From Flavobacteriales bacterium (GTDB taxonomy: Bacteria > Bacteroidota > Bacteroidia > Flavobacteriales_C > GCA-002722245), in the NCBI GenBank assembly GCA_002717515.1, contig PBEC01000011.1, positions 41,902 through 105,901 on the forward strand: a DNA stretch of 64,000 bases. The letters are read 5' to 3'. The notes below the pieces were generated by a model. That model was not told the DNA's origin. It searched no databases and was given only the letters and a program-made list of their open reading frames with translations. Positions 19,735-29,221 of the stretch are shown in pieces. Position 1 is the stretch's first letter. Each line of letters begins with the position of its first letter. The position numbers were made by a program, and so were the translations under genes.

Positions 19735-20703
19735 ATGTTCAGCATAATAAAAAAAATAGCTCCTAGTCTTGCCCCCAAAATTCATATTTTCATTGGCAGA
19801 ATGTATGACTTTAAAAAATTTGCAAAACACTGCAGTAGCGTTAAGCCCAATATTAGCCAAGCAAAGCTTCAGGCTTATATTACTCGTCAATATCACGGTA
19901 TAGAAAAAGGCCTTACTTTACCCGATACTCGTTTAGGGTTTGGAGAGTCATTAATCATTGCCATCACAAACAACCTCAACACCTATATTTCTAAATTCGA
20001 AATAGACAGCCTTGTTTCTCATGCAGCATCAACTTTAAAAAAGTATAAAGAATTTAATTCCACTGTATTGGATGAAAACGGTGACGTTTTAAAACGAATT
20101 AACTCGATACTAACCAGAGTTGAAAATCATAATTCCTCGATTCACAGAGAACTAAGTAAAGAAGAAATTGATCGATCAACAAATTTTGATTTTACTGCCT
20201 TTATGAAAACTCGAAGAAGCGTACGAGATTTTGCAGAAGGAGATGTTGACAACAAGCTATTAGAGCAATGTATTTTAGATGCAATGGAATCTCCTTCTGC
20301 GTGCAATCGACAAGGGTGGAGGGTACGAATATTTGAAGGGGATAAAAAAGATCATATACTTAAGTTTCAAAATGGGAACCGAGGATTTAATTCTTGCATA
20401 AACAAAGTTTTGTTTGTGACGGGTTACAGCGAAGCCTACAGCTATACTGAAAGAAACGGAATGATTGTAGACGGGTCTTTATTTGCTATGTCTCTCATTT
20501 TAGCAATGCATAGTAGAGGAATTGGGTCTTGTCCTCTAAACACATCATATACCTACAAAGATGAGATTAAGCTTAGAAAAGGAATAAACCTTCCTCTTAG
20601 TGAAGAACCAATTATGATGATTGCAGTTGGTAATTTAAAAGACAACTATCGGGTTGCTGCATCTCCAAGAAAACCACTCGAAGACGTTTTAATTAAGCAT
20701 TAA
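19735..20703 (+). CDS. Nitroreductase family flavoprotein
   Basis: HGIEKGL N-terminal extension, RRSVRDF, SPSACNRQGW, GIGSCPLN. Confidence 0.85.
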   Translation: MFSIIKKIAPSLAPKIHIFIGRMYDFKKFAKHCSSVKPNISQAKLQAYITRQYHGIEKGLTLPDTRLGFGESLIIAITNNLNTYISKFEIDSLVSHAASTLKKYKEFNSTVLDENGDVLKRINSILTRVENHNSSIHRELSKEEIDRSTNFDFTAFMKTRRSVRDFAEGDVDNKLLEQCILDAMESPSACNRQGWRVRIFEGDKKDHILKFQNGNRGFNSCINKVLFVTGYSEAYSYTERNGMIVDGSLFAMSLILAMHSRGIGSCPLNTSYTYKDEIKLRKGINLPLSEEPIMMIAVGNLKDNYRVAASPRKPLEDVLIKH

Positions 20704-20705
20704 GT

Positions 20706-21902
20706 ATGTTTGAGGAATTAAACAAAAAACTCGTAAACATAATTATTCCTGTATGCATTATGCTTGCACCGTATGCTTTGCTAAAACAGTTTTACAGCGT
20801 AGGCATGTTGATTTGCTTAATCTACGCTTTATTCTCTATCTCCTTTTTAAAAAATGATATTTTAGTGCCAAAATCACTGTTGTTATTTTTCTTGTCGTTT
20901 CTCGGGATTTACACAATAAATCTATTTCGTAACGGAGAGCAATCATTTGGTATGATTAACTTCATAATTGGAGCGGTTTTGACCTTTTTTTATATTGGTT
21001 CCATGATTAAGTATTTCGAATTCGAACGGTTTTATAAAACGTATAAAATTCTGTGTATTCTATCTTCCTTACTTGTGATCTTTCAAGGCGTAAGGTTATT
21101 CCTTTTCGACATTCCCGCTGTTCCAATAAACCTGTTACCAGTTGCTGAAGCAGATTACAGTTACTGGGACTTTTTTAAAGGCGAAAGGCCAAGCGGATTT
21201 TTCTCAGAGCCTCAAGCTTTCTGTTCATTTATTTTACCCTTTTTTATATTTTCTCTTTATCGAAAAGAATATGCTTTATCGCTTTTAACCTTCATTGCAA
21301 TTCTACTTTCTGCATCAACATTAGGATTAGCCATTTCTTTGATTGTTGGCGTATACTTTATGTTCTTTGAAAAAGAAAGGTCTCGATTCTCCAAGGTGTT
21401 CATCTTAACAGGTTTTTTAACAATTTTTGGAACACTTACTTATTTAGGAATACTTGATGCAAGTATAAAAAAAATAGCAAACACTCCTTTAGAAAACAAC
21501 ATTAGACTCGTCAGGGGGTTTTACATTTACAGTACGTTTAATCCAATTGATTTATTCCTGGGAATTAGTAGAGACCTTCAACAATACGTAATAACATCAA
21601 TCAACGAGAGCTGGGTTTCCCTTTATACCTCTTCTGGAAACGAAAGATTACTTGGTTATACAACTTCTTTTTCCGGACTTTTGATTCAATTTGGGCTACC
21701 AAGTTTTATTCTATATCTGCTGTTTTTGTGGAAGTGTTTCGTAAATTCGTCCAAGGATTCCAAGGTGCTTGTACTTGTCACTTTTGTGCTTTGTTTTGTA
21801 CAAACTATAATATTTAATGCTTGGTTTGTTTTTTATCTCTGCATAATACTTGGAATGCTCCATGAACAAAAAAAGATTAATTTTTTAACCATTAGGCTTT
21901 AA
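20706..21902 (+). CDS. wzy: Polysaccharide polymerase (Wzy-like)
   Basis: About 10 hydrophobic helices, RPSGFFSEP motif, located in the polysaccharide locus. Confidence 0.75.
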   Translation: MFEELNKKLVNIIIPVCIMLAPYALLKQFYSVGMLICLIYALFSISFLKNDILVPKSLLLFFLSFLGIYTINLFRNGEQSFGMINFIIGAVLTFFYIGSMIKYFEFERFYKTYKILCILSSLLVIFQGVRLFLFDIPAVPINLLPVAEADYSYWDFFKGERPSGFFSEPQAFCSFILPFFIFSLYRKEYALSLLTFIAILLSASTLGLAISLIVGVYFMFFEKERSRFSKVFILTGFLTIFGTLTYLGILDASIKKIANTPLENNIRLVRGFYIYSTFNPIDLFLGISRDLQQYVITSINESWVSLYTSSGNERLLGYTTSFSGLLIQFGLPSFILYLLFLWKCFVNSSKDSKVLVLVTFVLCFVQTIIFNAWFVFYLCIILGMLHEQKKINFLTIRL

Positions 21903-21903
21903 A

Positions 21904-23028
21904 ATGAAAAAATTCGGAGTTATTACCACAAATAGAGCGATTAACTATGGTGCCGTTTTACAATGTTTAGCACTTAGTAAAAAAATTGACAGTTTTCAAG
22001 ATGTTGAATGCAATGTAATCGATTATGCTCCCATAAAAAAAACATACGGAAGAACTATTTCTTACAAGTTCAAATCAATTAAAGACATCTTGTATTCATT
22101 AATTTTATTTTTAAATAAATCCTACCGAAAAGGACATGAAACAAAAATAAAAGGATTTGATAATTTTATATTCAACAAGCTCAAAAACAGCTCAAAAACC
22201 TACGTTAATGCTTCAGACTTTGGGGAAGAGCTAAATGAATATGATGCCCTGGTTTGTGGAAGCGATCAAATTTGGAATTTAAACATCATAGATGACCCTG
22301 TTTTTTTCCTTGATTTCAACGGATTCTCTCCCGAAGTAAATAAAGTAGCATACGCGCCGAGTATTACGGAAATAATGTCCAATACTCAGGTTGAAAAAAT
22401 AAAATCTAGAATAGCGGGATTCAAGGCACTATCTATGCGAGAAAGAAAAAGCGCAGAAAAATATACAAACCTTCTTGGCAGAGAAGTAAAAAATGTTTTG
22501 GATCCTGTTTTTCTTTTAGATGAAAAAGATTGGTTAGAAATTGAGGAAAAACCTAAAAATATTGAAAAGCCCTTTATTTTATCCTACGGACTTGTAAGTG
22601 ATCCATTATTCAAAGATTGCATATCTGAACTAAAAAAGAAACACAAAGGAATTAAGCACGTTGATTTGCAAGTTAGGCCATTCAATAAATACAAGGCTGA
22701 AATTTGTACAAATGTTTTTTCACCAGAAAATTTTGTCTGGTTGTTCAGAAATGCAGAATATACATGTACAAGCTCATTCCACGGAACCTGTTTCTCAATC
22801 ATTTTTAATAAAAAGTTTATTTCGGTACCAGCAAGAGATAGAAGCTTACGAATAGAAAATATCGTTGAAATTCTTGGTTTAGAAGAAAGACACATTAAAA
22901 ATCCTGAGGAGATAAAAATAGCCTTAAATAAGGCCCCTGATTTCGAGAAATCTAACCAGTTATTGTCCGAAAAGAAGAAAGAGTCATTAACGTATTTGAA
23001 AAATGCTTTAGAAATTGAAACTGAATAA
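21904..23028 (+). CDS. Polysaccharide pyruvyl transferase family protein
   Basis: NYGAVLQ, CGSDQIWN, YAPS, SMRE, LDPVFLL, TSSFHGTCFSIIFNK. Confidence 0.9.
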   Translation: MKKFGVITTNRAINYGAVLQCLALSKKIDSFQDVECNVIDYAPIKKTYGRTISYKFKSIKDILYSLILFLNKSYRKGHETKIKGFDNFIFNKLKNSSKTYVNASDFGEELNEYDALVCGSDQIWNLNIIDDPVFFLDFNGFSPEVNKVAYAPSITEIMSNTQVEKIKSRIAGFKALSMRERKSAEKYTNLLGREVKNVLDPVFLLDEKDWLEIEEKPKNIEKPFILSYGLVSDPLFKDCISELKKKHKGIKHVDLQVRPFNKYKAEICTNVFSPENFVWLFRNAEYTCTSSFHGTCFSIIFNKKFISVPARDRSLRIENIVEILGLEERHIKNPEEIKIALNKAPDFEKSNQLLSEKKKESLTYLKNALEIETE

Positions 23029-24406
23029 ATTTCTAAAAGAGTCCAGTATTTATATTGTATTATCCTTCATTCAAAAAGGGCTCTCTTTCTTATTAGTTCC
23101 TTTCTATACTGTTTTTTTATCTCCACATGAGTTTGGATTGGTCAATCAGGTAATTGCCCTGCATTCTATTTACATTTTAATAATTAGTTTCTCATTAAAT
23201 GAAGCCATTGCAAAGGGGATTATGAATGACGAAAGTGAAGGAAAAAAGAAAGTACGAATGAATATCGTTCTGCTTAATTTTGGACTTGTACTATTCGGAA
23301 CTCTAATCCTTTTAATTTTTAAACCATGGTTGTATTCAAATCTTCTAAAAGAGGCAAATGATGCAATCATTTACTGCAGCATAGTCATTGTTGCCAGTAC
23401 TCCAATCTTCTTTATTTATCAAAAATTTTTACGAATGATTGGTGAGCCAATGCGTTATGCAAGAACAATGATTGCGTTCATTGTGCTACAGGTTCTATTC
23501 AGCGTTGTTTACATTTACCTCTTTGACTTAGGTTCATTGGGATATATGCTTGCAATCGCTTCAGTTTCTTCTCTTTTTGGTTGTTACAGTTATTTCAAGC
23601 TGGCTGTATTTGACAAAAGTTTCATTAGTCTTTCCGAAATAAAACAACACTTTACTTATTCCTTAAAATTGATTCCCCACAGTATTTCAGGATGGGGAAT
23701 GAATGGATTCACCAATTATGCATTAGGAAAACTTGGTCAACTTGCATCCGTAGGTATTCTGAATGCAATAAACATCGTAGGGGTATTAATAAACGTCGTT
23801 TCTAAGTCAATCTTAGACGCTCTTCAACCTTGGATATACACCCAGTTAAAAGAAAAAGAAAAAAATCATCACAAAATAAAACAAATTGTTAATTTGCTTT
23901 GTGGACTCATGGTTGGAATCGGAATATTCATCATAATGTTTGATGAGTTTTTTCTCAAAATTGCTCTTCCAGAAAAATATTACGAAGGCATTATTTATGC
24001 TCCGTTTTTAGTTTTAAACAGCGTAATTCTTGCAATGGGATCCATGACTGTTTATGTAATCTACTACTTTGACAGTAAAGTAAAATACGTTTCTATTTCA
24101 ACATTAACAGGCGCAGTAATAAATATAATTTTAGGATATATTTTAATTAAAAACTATGAAATCATTGGTGCCATAACGTCATTAGTGATTACTAATTTTA
24201 TCATAACAATCATTAAATCCTACATTTCAAGCCGAATTATAAAGTTGCCTTATAACATGTACGACCTATATGCTGTAATCACAGGTACGGCTTTCGCAGT
24301 TCATTTATATCCTGAATATAAGCCTTACGTTTGTATTCTTTCTTTAATCTATCTAGGAATTAAACTATTTTTGCTTGCAAAAAGACTAAACTATGAGCAA
24401 CAATAA
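23015..24406 (+). CDS. wzx: Oligosaccharide flippase (Wzx)
   Basis: FLLVPFYTVFLSPHEFG N-terminal motif, about 12 TM helices. Confidence 0.85.
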   Translation: MKLNKFLKESSIYIVLSFIQKGLSFLLVPFYTVFLSPHEFGLVNQVIALHSIYILIISFSLNEAIAKGIMNDESEGKKKVRMNIVLLNFGLVLFGTLILLIFKPWLYSNLLKEANDAIIYCSIVIVASTPIFFIYQKFLRMIGEPMRYARTMIAFIVLQVLFSVVYIYLFDLGSLGYMLAIASVSSLFGCYSYFKLAVFDKSFISLSEIKQHFTYSLKLIPHSISGWGMNGFTNYALGKLGQLASVGILNAINIVGVLINVVSKSILDALQPWIYTQLKEKEKNHHKIKQIVNLLCGLMVGIGIFIIMFDEFFLKIALPEKYYEGIIYAPFLVLNSVILAMGSMTVYVIYYFDSKVKYVSISTLTGAVINIILGYILIKNYEIIGAITSLVITNFIITIIKSYISSRIIKLPYNMYDLYAVITGTAFAVHLYPEYKPYVCILSLIYLGIKLFLLAKRLNYEQQ

Positions 24407-25751
24407 CTTCATTATTGTTGATGGCAAACCAATTAACGAAAATGAGATTCCTCATTTTTATCCACTTTCCATAGTAAAATATCAACCCTCATACAACTCT
24501 ATAATTCGATTCATTGTTGAGGAAGTGTATGGAATTTCCAAAAAATCTAAAAAATATCCAGTTTACATAAATCTTCTTGCAAGTAAGTCATTAAAAGTAA
24601 AATATTTGGCTATTCTTCTGGAAATTTCCAAAAATCACAATCTCGAAGAAGTTCATCTTGATTACTTACCAAGAAAAGTTGCCGAAATGATGAATATTTC
24701 ATTTCGAGAGTCTGAAAAAAAAATAGATCTTATCGATAAAAGAGAACGTTTTGCAACACTCCCAAAATACATCGCAAATTTACTTTTCTCCCTTTTCGGA
24801 TTTTTCATTCGTAAGCAAAAAGGTGAAAAACCTGAGTCTGTAGTTCGAGCATGGGTTGATGTTGATGAAAAACTACACAAAGATGAATTTGAAAAAAGTA
24901 TGATTTACATCTACCCTTTTGGAATTAATTTCAAAAGGTCAATAAAATTTATCCGAAAAGTATTTAAATCCTGTGAAAATGTAAGTTTGAGAGGAATAAA
25001 CTATAGTGCTTATAACACTCTAAAAGTCATTTTTTCCAAGGAACTTGTACATGCTCTTGTTGATTTTGAATACACAGGAATGAAGTCGCACTCAAAAACC
25101 ATGCTGAAATTCAAAAAAATATACACCTCGGATGAATTTCAGGTAGCTGCACCAATAATTTACAGAAACAAAAAAGATACTTTTGTTCTAAATAGAGCTC
25201 ACGGAATGGGGTGTTATAACTTAGAAATCAACTACGATGAATTTCATTTATTTAATACCGTTCAACAAGAATTTTATTCGAAAAACAACCCCTTTACGAA
25301 ATACAAAACCTATCCTTCAGAATCCTCTATTCAAACAACAAATGTATCTCAAAAAACAAGCTTTTTTGTGGTATATATCGACCAGGGAGATTTAACAAAA
25401 TATCATTATTTCTATGAAGCGAATCTTCAAAAAAAATTAGTAGAAACACTACAGGATATAAACAATCAAGGAAACAAAAAAGTTTTTGTAAAATATCATC
25501 CAAATAGAAATGAAAAAGAAAAAAAAGATTTTTATGCCCTTTATGGTCTTGAATCAATTCAGGCGTTTAATGAAAGTGAAAATTATGTTTTTATAAATTT
25601 ATACTCAACATCTTATTTTGATTACAAGAAGTTTGGATCGTTTTTATTTGTGAAAGACCATTCCTTTTCTCCAAAATATTTCTTTGGAGATGATATTAAT
25701 AGCATTCATATTGATAAACTTAAGAACACCCTTTTAAGCTATGAAAATTAA
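24393..25751 (+). CDS. Hypothetical protein, possible GT-B nonulosonic-acid transferase
   Basis: Soluble, inside the locus; AHG and VKYHP motifs reminiscent of sialyl/Kdo-type transferases. Confidence 0.45.
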   Translation: MSNNNFIIVDGKPINENEIPHFYPLSIVKYQPSYNSIIRFIVEEVYGISKKSKKYPVYINLLASKSLKVKYLAILLEISKNHNLEEVHLDYLPRKVAEMMNISFRESEKKIDLIDKRERFATLPKYIANLLFSLFGFFIRKQKGEKPESVVRAWVDVDEKLHKDEFEKSMIYIYPFGINFKRSIKFIRKVFKSCENVSLRGINYSAYNTLKVIFSKELVHALVDFEYTGMKSHSKTMLKFKKIYTSDEFQVAAPIIYRNKKDTFVLNRAHGMGCYNLEINYDEFHLFNTVQQEFYSKNNPFTKYKTYPSESSIQTTNVSQKTSFFVVYIDQGDLTKYHYFYEANLQKKLVETLQDINNQGNKKVFVKYHPNRNEKEKKDFYALYGLESIQAFNESENYVFINLYSTSYFDYKKFGSFLFVKDHSFSPKYFFGDDINSIHIDKLKNTLLSYEN

Positions 25752-26358
25752 ATATCTAATCTCTAAATTGATAAAAAAATCAAGGCTTTCATCCGTAAAA
25801 AACAGCTCCATTCATTCATCATCAAAAATAGAATCAGGAACGCTTTTTGTGAACAGCTCTATGAATAAACATTCTTTTTGTGGCTACGACAATGAAATTA
25901 TAAACACAAAAATAGGTTCATTTTGCTCAATTGGTAATCATGTTAAAATTGGAGGTGGAGAACACCCCTACAGCTGGGTATCAACGTCACCTGTATTTTA
26001 CAAGGGTAGGGACAGTGTAAAAGCTAAGTTTTCTGAATTTGATAGAGACGAAATTCGAACAACATTTATCGGTAATGATGTATGGATTGGACAAAACTCA
26101 CTTATAAAACAAGGCATTAAAATTGGACATGGCGCTATTATTGGAATGGGTAGTGTTGTTACAAAAGACGTTGAACCATATTCCATTGTAGCTGGAGTCC
26201 CCGCAAAAAAAATTAAACTTCGGTTTTCTGAAGATTTGATAAGCAAACTTATTAAATCAAAATGGTGGGATTTGAAAGAAGATGAATTAAACAAAGCTGC
26301 TGAAAACATTAAAAACCCTATAAAATTCTTAGAATCAATTAATAAAAGTAACTTTTAA
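25741..26358 (+). CDS. CatB/Vat-related O-acetyltransferase (hexapeptide)
   Basis: IGSFCSIG, HPYSWVSTSP, IGNDVWIG, VVTKDVEPYSIVAGVPAK, KWWD. Confidence 0.88.
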   Translation: MKIKYLISKLIKKSRLSSVKNSSIHSSSKIESGTLFVNSSMNKHSFCGYDNEIINTKIGSFCSIGNHVKIGGGEHPYSWVSTSPVFYKGRDSVKAKFSEFDRDEIRTTFIGNDVWIGQNSLIKQGIKIGHGAIIGMGSVVTKDVEPYSIVAGVPAKKIKLRFSEDLISKLIKSKWWDLKEDELNKAAENIKNPIKFLESINKSNF

Positions 26359-26476
26359 CTCAATAATTGTAACTCTGCACAACAAGGCTTAAATTTGGAC
26401 TTTAGAAATTTCACCTATTATCATCGTTACCTGAGATATCTAATATTTGTTTACTTAATAACAAAAGACTTTACAG

Positions 26477-27616
26477 ATGACTGAAAGAGAATATCAAGTA
26501 TGTTCAACATGCGTAATGGACACAACCGACAGCAACATTTCATTTGATGAGAATGGAGTTTGCGACCATTGCAATACTTTCTTCAGAGATATTAAACCCA
26601 AATGGCATACCGATGAGAGGGGCGAAAAAGAAATAAAAGAAATTGTAAAAAAAATAAAGAAAAAAGGAAAAGGGAAAGACTTCGATTGCATAATGGGAAT
26701 GAGCGGAGGGATCGATAGCTCTTATCTTTTATATTTAGCAGTAAAAAAATTAGGATTACGTCCTTTGGTTTTTCATGTTGATGCGGGCTGGAACTCTCAA
26801 GAGGCTGTAAATAATATCGAAAAAATGGTCGATAAACTTGGCCTGGATCTTTATACTGAAGTTATCGATTGGGAAGAAATGAAAGATCTTCAGCTTGCTT
26901 ATTTTAAAGCGGGTGTTTCAAATATCGACACACCACAAGACCATAGTTTTTTTGCAACAATGTATAAATTTGCAAATGAACATAATGTAAAATATATCCT
27001 AACGGGAGGGAATTACTCAACAGAATGTGTTCGAAACCCCCTGGAATGGATGTATTACCAATCTGATTCCATTCAACTAAAGGACATCTATAAAAAATAC
27101 GGTTCGGCTAAACTCAAAAACTTCCCCATAACCAATATTCTCTGGCATAAAGTCTATTTGCCTTATGTAAAAGGTATAAAATTAATTCGCCCTCTTGATT
27201 TCATGGAATACGATAAAGAGGCAGCAACACAGTTTTTAGTTAATGAATTCGGCTATCAAAGGTATCCTCAAAAGCATTTTGAATCCAGATTTACAAGATT
27301 CTACGAATCCTATTGGTTAACGGAAAAGTTTGGATACGACACAAGAAAAGTTCAATATTCAAGCCTCATTCTGACCGACCAAATGACGCGAGAAGAAGCA
27401 TTAAAAAAATTAGAATCACCGGCTTACAATCCTGACACTATAAAAGATGATTTTGAATACATCGCTACAAAACTGGGGATTACTGTCGAAGAACTTCAGG
27501 GCTATATGGATCAACCCAATAGAAGTAATAAAGAGTTTAAATCACAAGAAAGTATTTATTCTATTGGAGCAAAAGTAATGAGACTCGTTGGACTCGAAAA
27601 AGGAGGTAAAAGATGA
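26477..27616 (+). CDS. N-acetyl sugar amidotransferase (WbuX/WbpG/PseA-like)
   Basis: CSTCVMD..CDHC Cys cluster, PP-loop SGGIDSS, HVDAGWNS, KHFESRFTRF. Confidence 0.9.
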   Translation: MTEREYQVCSTCVMDTTDSNISFDENGVCDHCNTFFRDIKPKWHTDERGEKEIKEIVKKIKKKGKGKDFDCIMGMSGGIDSSYLLYLAVKKLGLRPLVFHVDAGWNSQEAVNNIEKMVDKLGLDLYTEVIDWEEMKDLQLAYFKAGVSNIDTPQDHSFFATMYKFANEHNVKYILTGGNYSTECVRNPLEWMYYQSDSIQLKDIYKKYGSAKLKNFPITNILWHKVYLPYVKGIKLIRPLDFMEYDKEAATQFLVNEFGYQRYPQKHFESRFTRFYESYWLTEKFGYDTRKVQYSSLILTDQMTREEALKKLESPAYNPDTIKDDFEYIATKLGITVEELQGYMDQPNRSNKEFKSQESIYSIGAKVMRLVGLEKGGKR

Positions 27617-28227
27617 TAACAATAGTTGATTATGGCTCTGGAAATATTGAAGCGTTTGTTAATATATACAAGCGGTTAAATATTCCATGTGAAGTAGCAA
27701 CAAAACCCGAACAAATCTTAAAAGCAAAAAAAATAATTCTTCCTGGTGTTGGATCCTTCGACGAAACAATGCGAATATTAAGAGACTCCGGAATGTTAAA
27801 TGCGCTCAACAAACAAGTACTGGAAAATAAAACCCCTGTAATTGGGATATGTGTTGGAATGCAAATTTTATCCAAAAAAAGTGACGAAGGAGAATTGGAC
27901 GGTTTAGGCTGGATTGATGCAGAAGTTAAAAAATTTAACATAAATAAATTAAAAGAGAAGCCTCATTTACCTCACATGGGATGGAACACATTTCAAAGTG
28001 AAAAGGACAATCCTATTCTCGCAAATTTAGTACCAGAGAAAGGGTTTTATTTTTTACATACTTATTATTTTTCATGCAATAACCCAAAAGACGTACTAAC
28101 CTCTACCGTATATGGAGAAAGGTATACCTCTGCTATTAATCACAATAACATCTACGGGGTTCAATTTCATCCTGAAAAAAGCCATAGTAATGGGGTCCAA
28201 CTGCTTAAAAACTTTGCTAATTTATAA
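27613..28227 (+). CDS. hisH: HisH-like glutamine amidotransferase (polysaccharide-associated paralogue)
   Basis: VDYGSGN, LPGVGSF, GICVGMQ, PHMGWN, QFHPEKS. Confidence 0.9.
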   Translation: MITIVDYGSGNIEAFVNIYKRLNIPCEVATKPEQILKAKKIILPGVGSFDETMRILRDSGMLNALNKQVLENKTPVIGICVGMQILSKKSDEGELDGLGWIDAEVKKFNINKLKEKPHLPHMGWNTFQSEKDNPILANLVPEKGFYFLHTYYFSCNNPKDVLTSTVYGERYTSAINHNNIYGVQFHPEKSHSNGVQLLKNFANL

Positions 28228-28229
28228 TC

Positions 28230-29000
28230 ATGCTCAGGTCAAGAATAATTCCATGTTTATTGGTTCATAATAAAGGTTTAGTAAAAACAGTAAACTTCAA
28301 AAACCCTAAATATGTTGGAGACCCGATTAATGCGGTTAAAATATTCAATGAAAAGGAAGTAGACGAATTAATAGTTTTGGATATTGATGCAACAGTTGAA
28401 AAACGAAAGCCCAATTTTCAAATGATTAAAAATTTAGCAACAGAATGTAGAATGCCTCTTTGTTATGGAGGGGGAGTCACAACGCCGGAGGATGCAAAAA
28501 AAATCATAAAATTAGGAGCAGAAAAGGTTGCGTTAAGTGCTGCCGCAATTGAAAATCCAGATCTTATTAAAACAATTGGAAAAGAGGTTGGTTTACAAAG
28601 TGTTGTTGTTGTAATAGACGTAAAAAAGAAGGGGATTTTTGGCAAATATGAAGTATTCACACACAACGGCAAAAAATCAACAGGTCTTAACCCTGTCGAA
28701 TTTGCAAAAAGCATCGAAAAGATTGGGGTTGGAGAAATTGTAATCAACTCAATTGACCAGGAAGGCACCATGAAAGGGTATGACTTTAAGCTTTTTGAAA
28801 GCATAAGAAAACATATTTCTGTTCCTTTAACCATTATGGGTGGAGCTGGCTCGAGTGAGCACATTAAAGAAGCCATCAACAAATTCGGTGTAATTGGCGC
28901 TGCTGCTGGAAGCTTATTTGTTTTTAAAGGAAAATATAGAGCCGTTTTAATTCAATACGTTGATAAAACTTTGTTTTTTGAAAAAAATAAAGGGCGGTAA
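28230..29000 (+). CDS. hisF: HisF-like cyclase-fold protein (HisF2/AglZ-type, acetamidino modification)
   Basis: RIIPCLL, YVGDPINAVKIFNEKEVDE, CRMPLCYGGG, AAAGSLFVFKG. Confidence 0.88.
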   Translation: MLRSRIIPCLLVHNKGLVKTVNFKNPKYVGDPINAVKIFNEKEVDELIVLDIDATVEKRKPNFQMIKNLATECRMPLCYGGGVTTPEDAKKIIKLGAEKVALSAAAIENPDLIKTIGKEVGLQSVVVVIDVKKKGIFGKYEVFTHNGKKSTGLNPVEFAKSIEKIGVGEIVINSIDQEGTMKGYDFKLFESIRKHISVPLTIMGGAGSSEHIKEAINKFGVIGAAAGSLFVFKGKYRAVLIQYVDKTLFFEKNKGR

Positions 29001-29013
29001 ATCACTCCGCCCT
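28991..29013. terminator. GC-rich hairpin over the hisF-like stop codon
   Basis: AGGGCGG / CCGCCCT stem with 9-nt loop at the end of the operon; plus-strand U-tract is weak. Confidence 0.4.
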
Positions 29014-29193
29014 AATATCTTGCTCTTCAGTTCATCTGTCAGGATTTGTTAGAAGAAACATCTTTTAAGTAACACTTATTATAACAACGACAAATAGTTA
29101 AAAATGTTACGTCAAATTAAAAAAACACCACTTTATCTAATAACAAATTGGATTAATCACCCCATCTATTCTGCACAACATCTAAGTTATTAG

Positions 29194-29201
29194 TACTTTT
29201 G
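29194..29201 (+). promoter_or_regulatory. -7 element TACTTTTG for leuS
   Basis: TAnnTTTG 20 nt before ATG 29222. Confidence 0.6.
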
Positions 29202-29221
29202 CAATGATTTAAAGCAATATT

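Noticed and set aside
25741..26358. Chloramphenicol/streptogramin resistance gene
   Set aside because: CatB/Vat-like fold but embedded in and overlapping the polysaccharide operon; a sugar O-acetyltransferase is more plausible
27613..29000. Histidine biosynthesis operon
   Set aside because: No other his genes present; linked to a sugar amidotransferase and carries HisF2-type motifs
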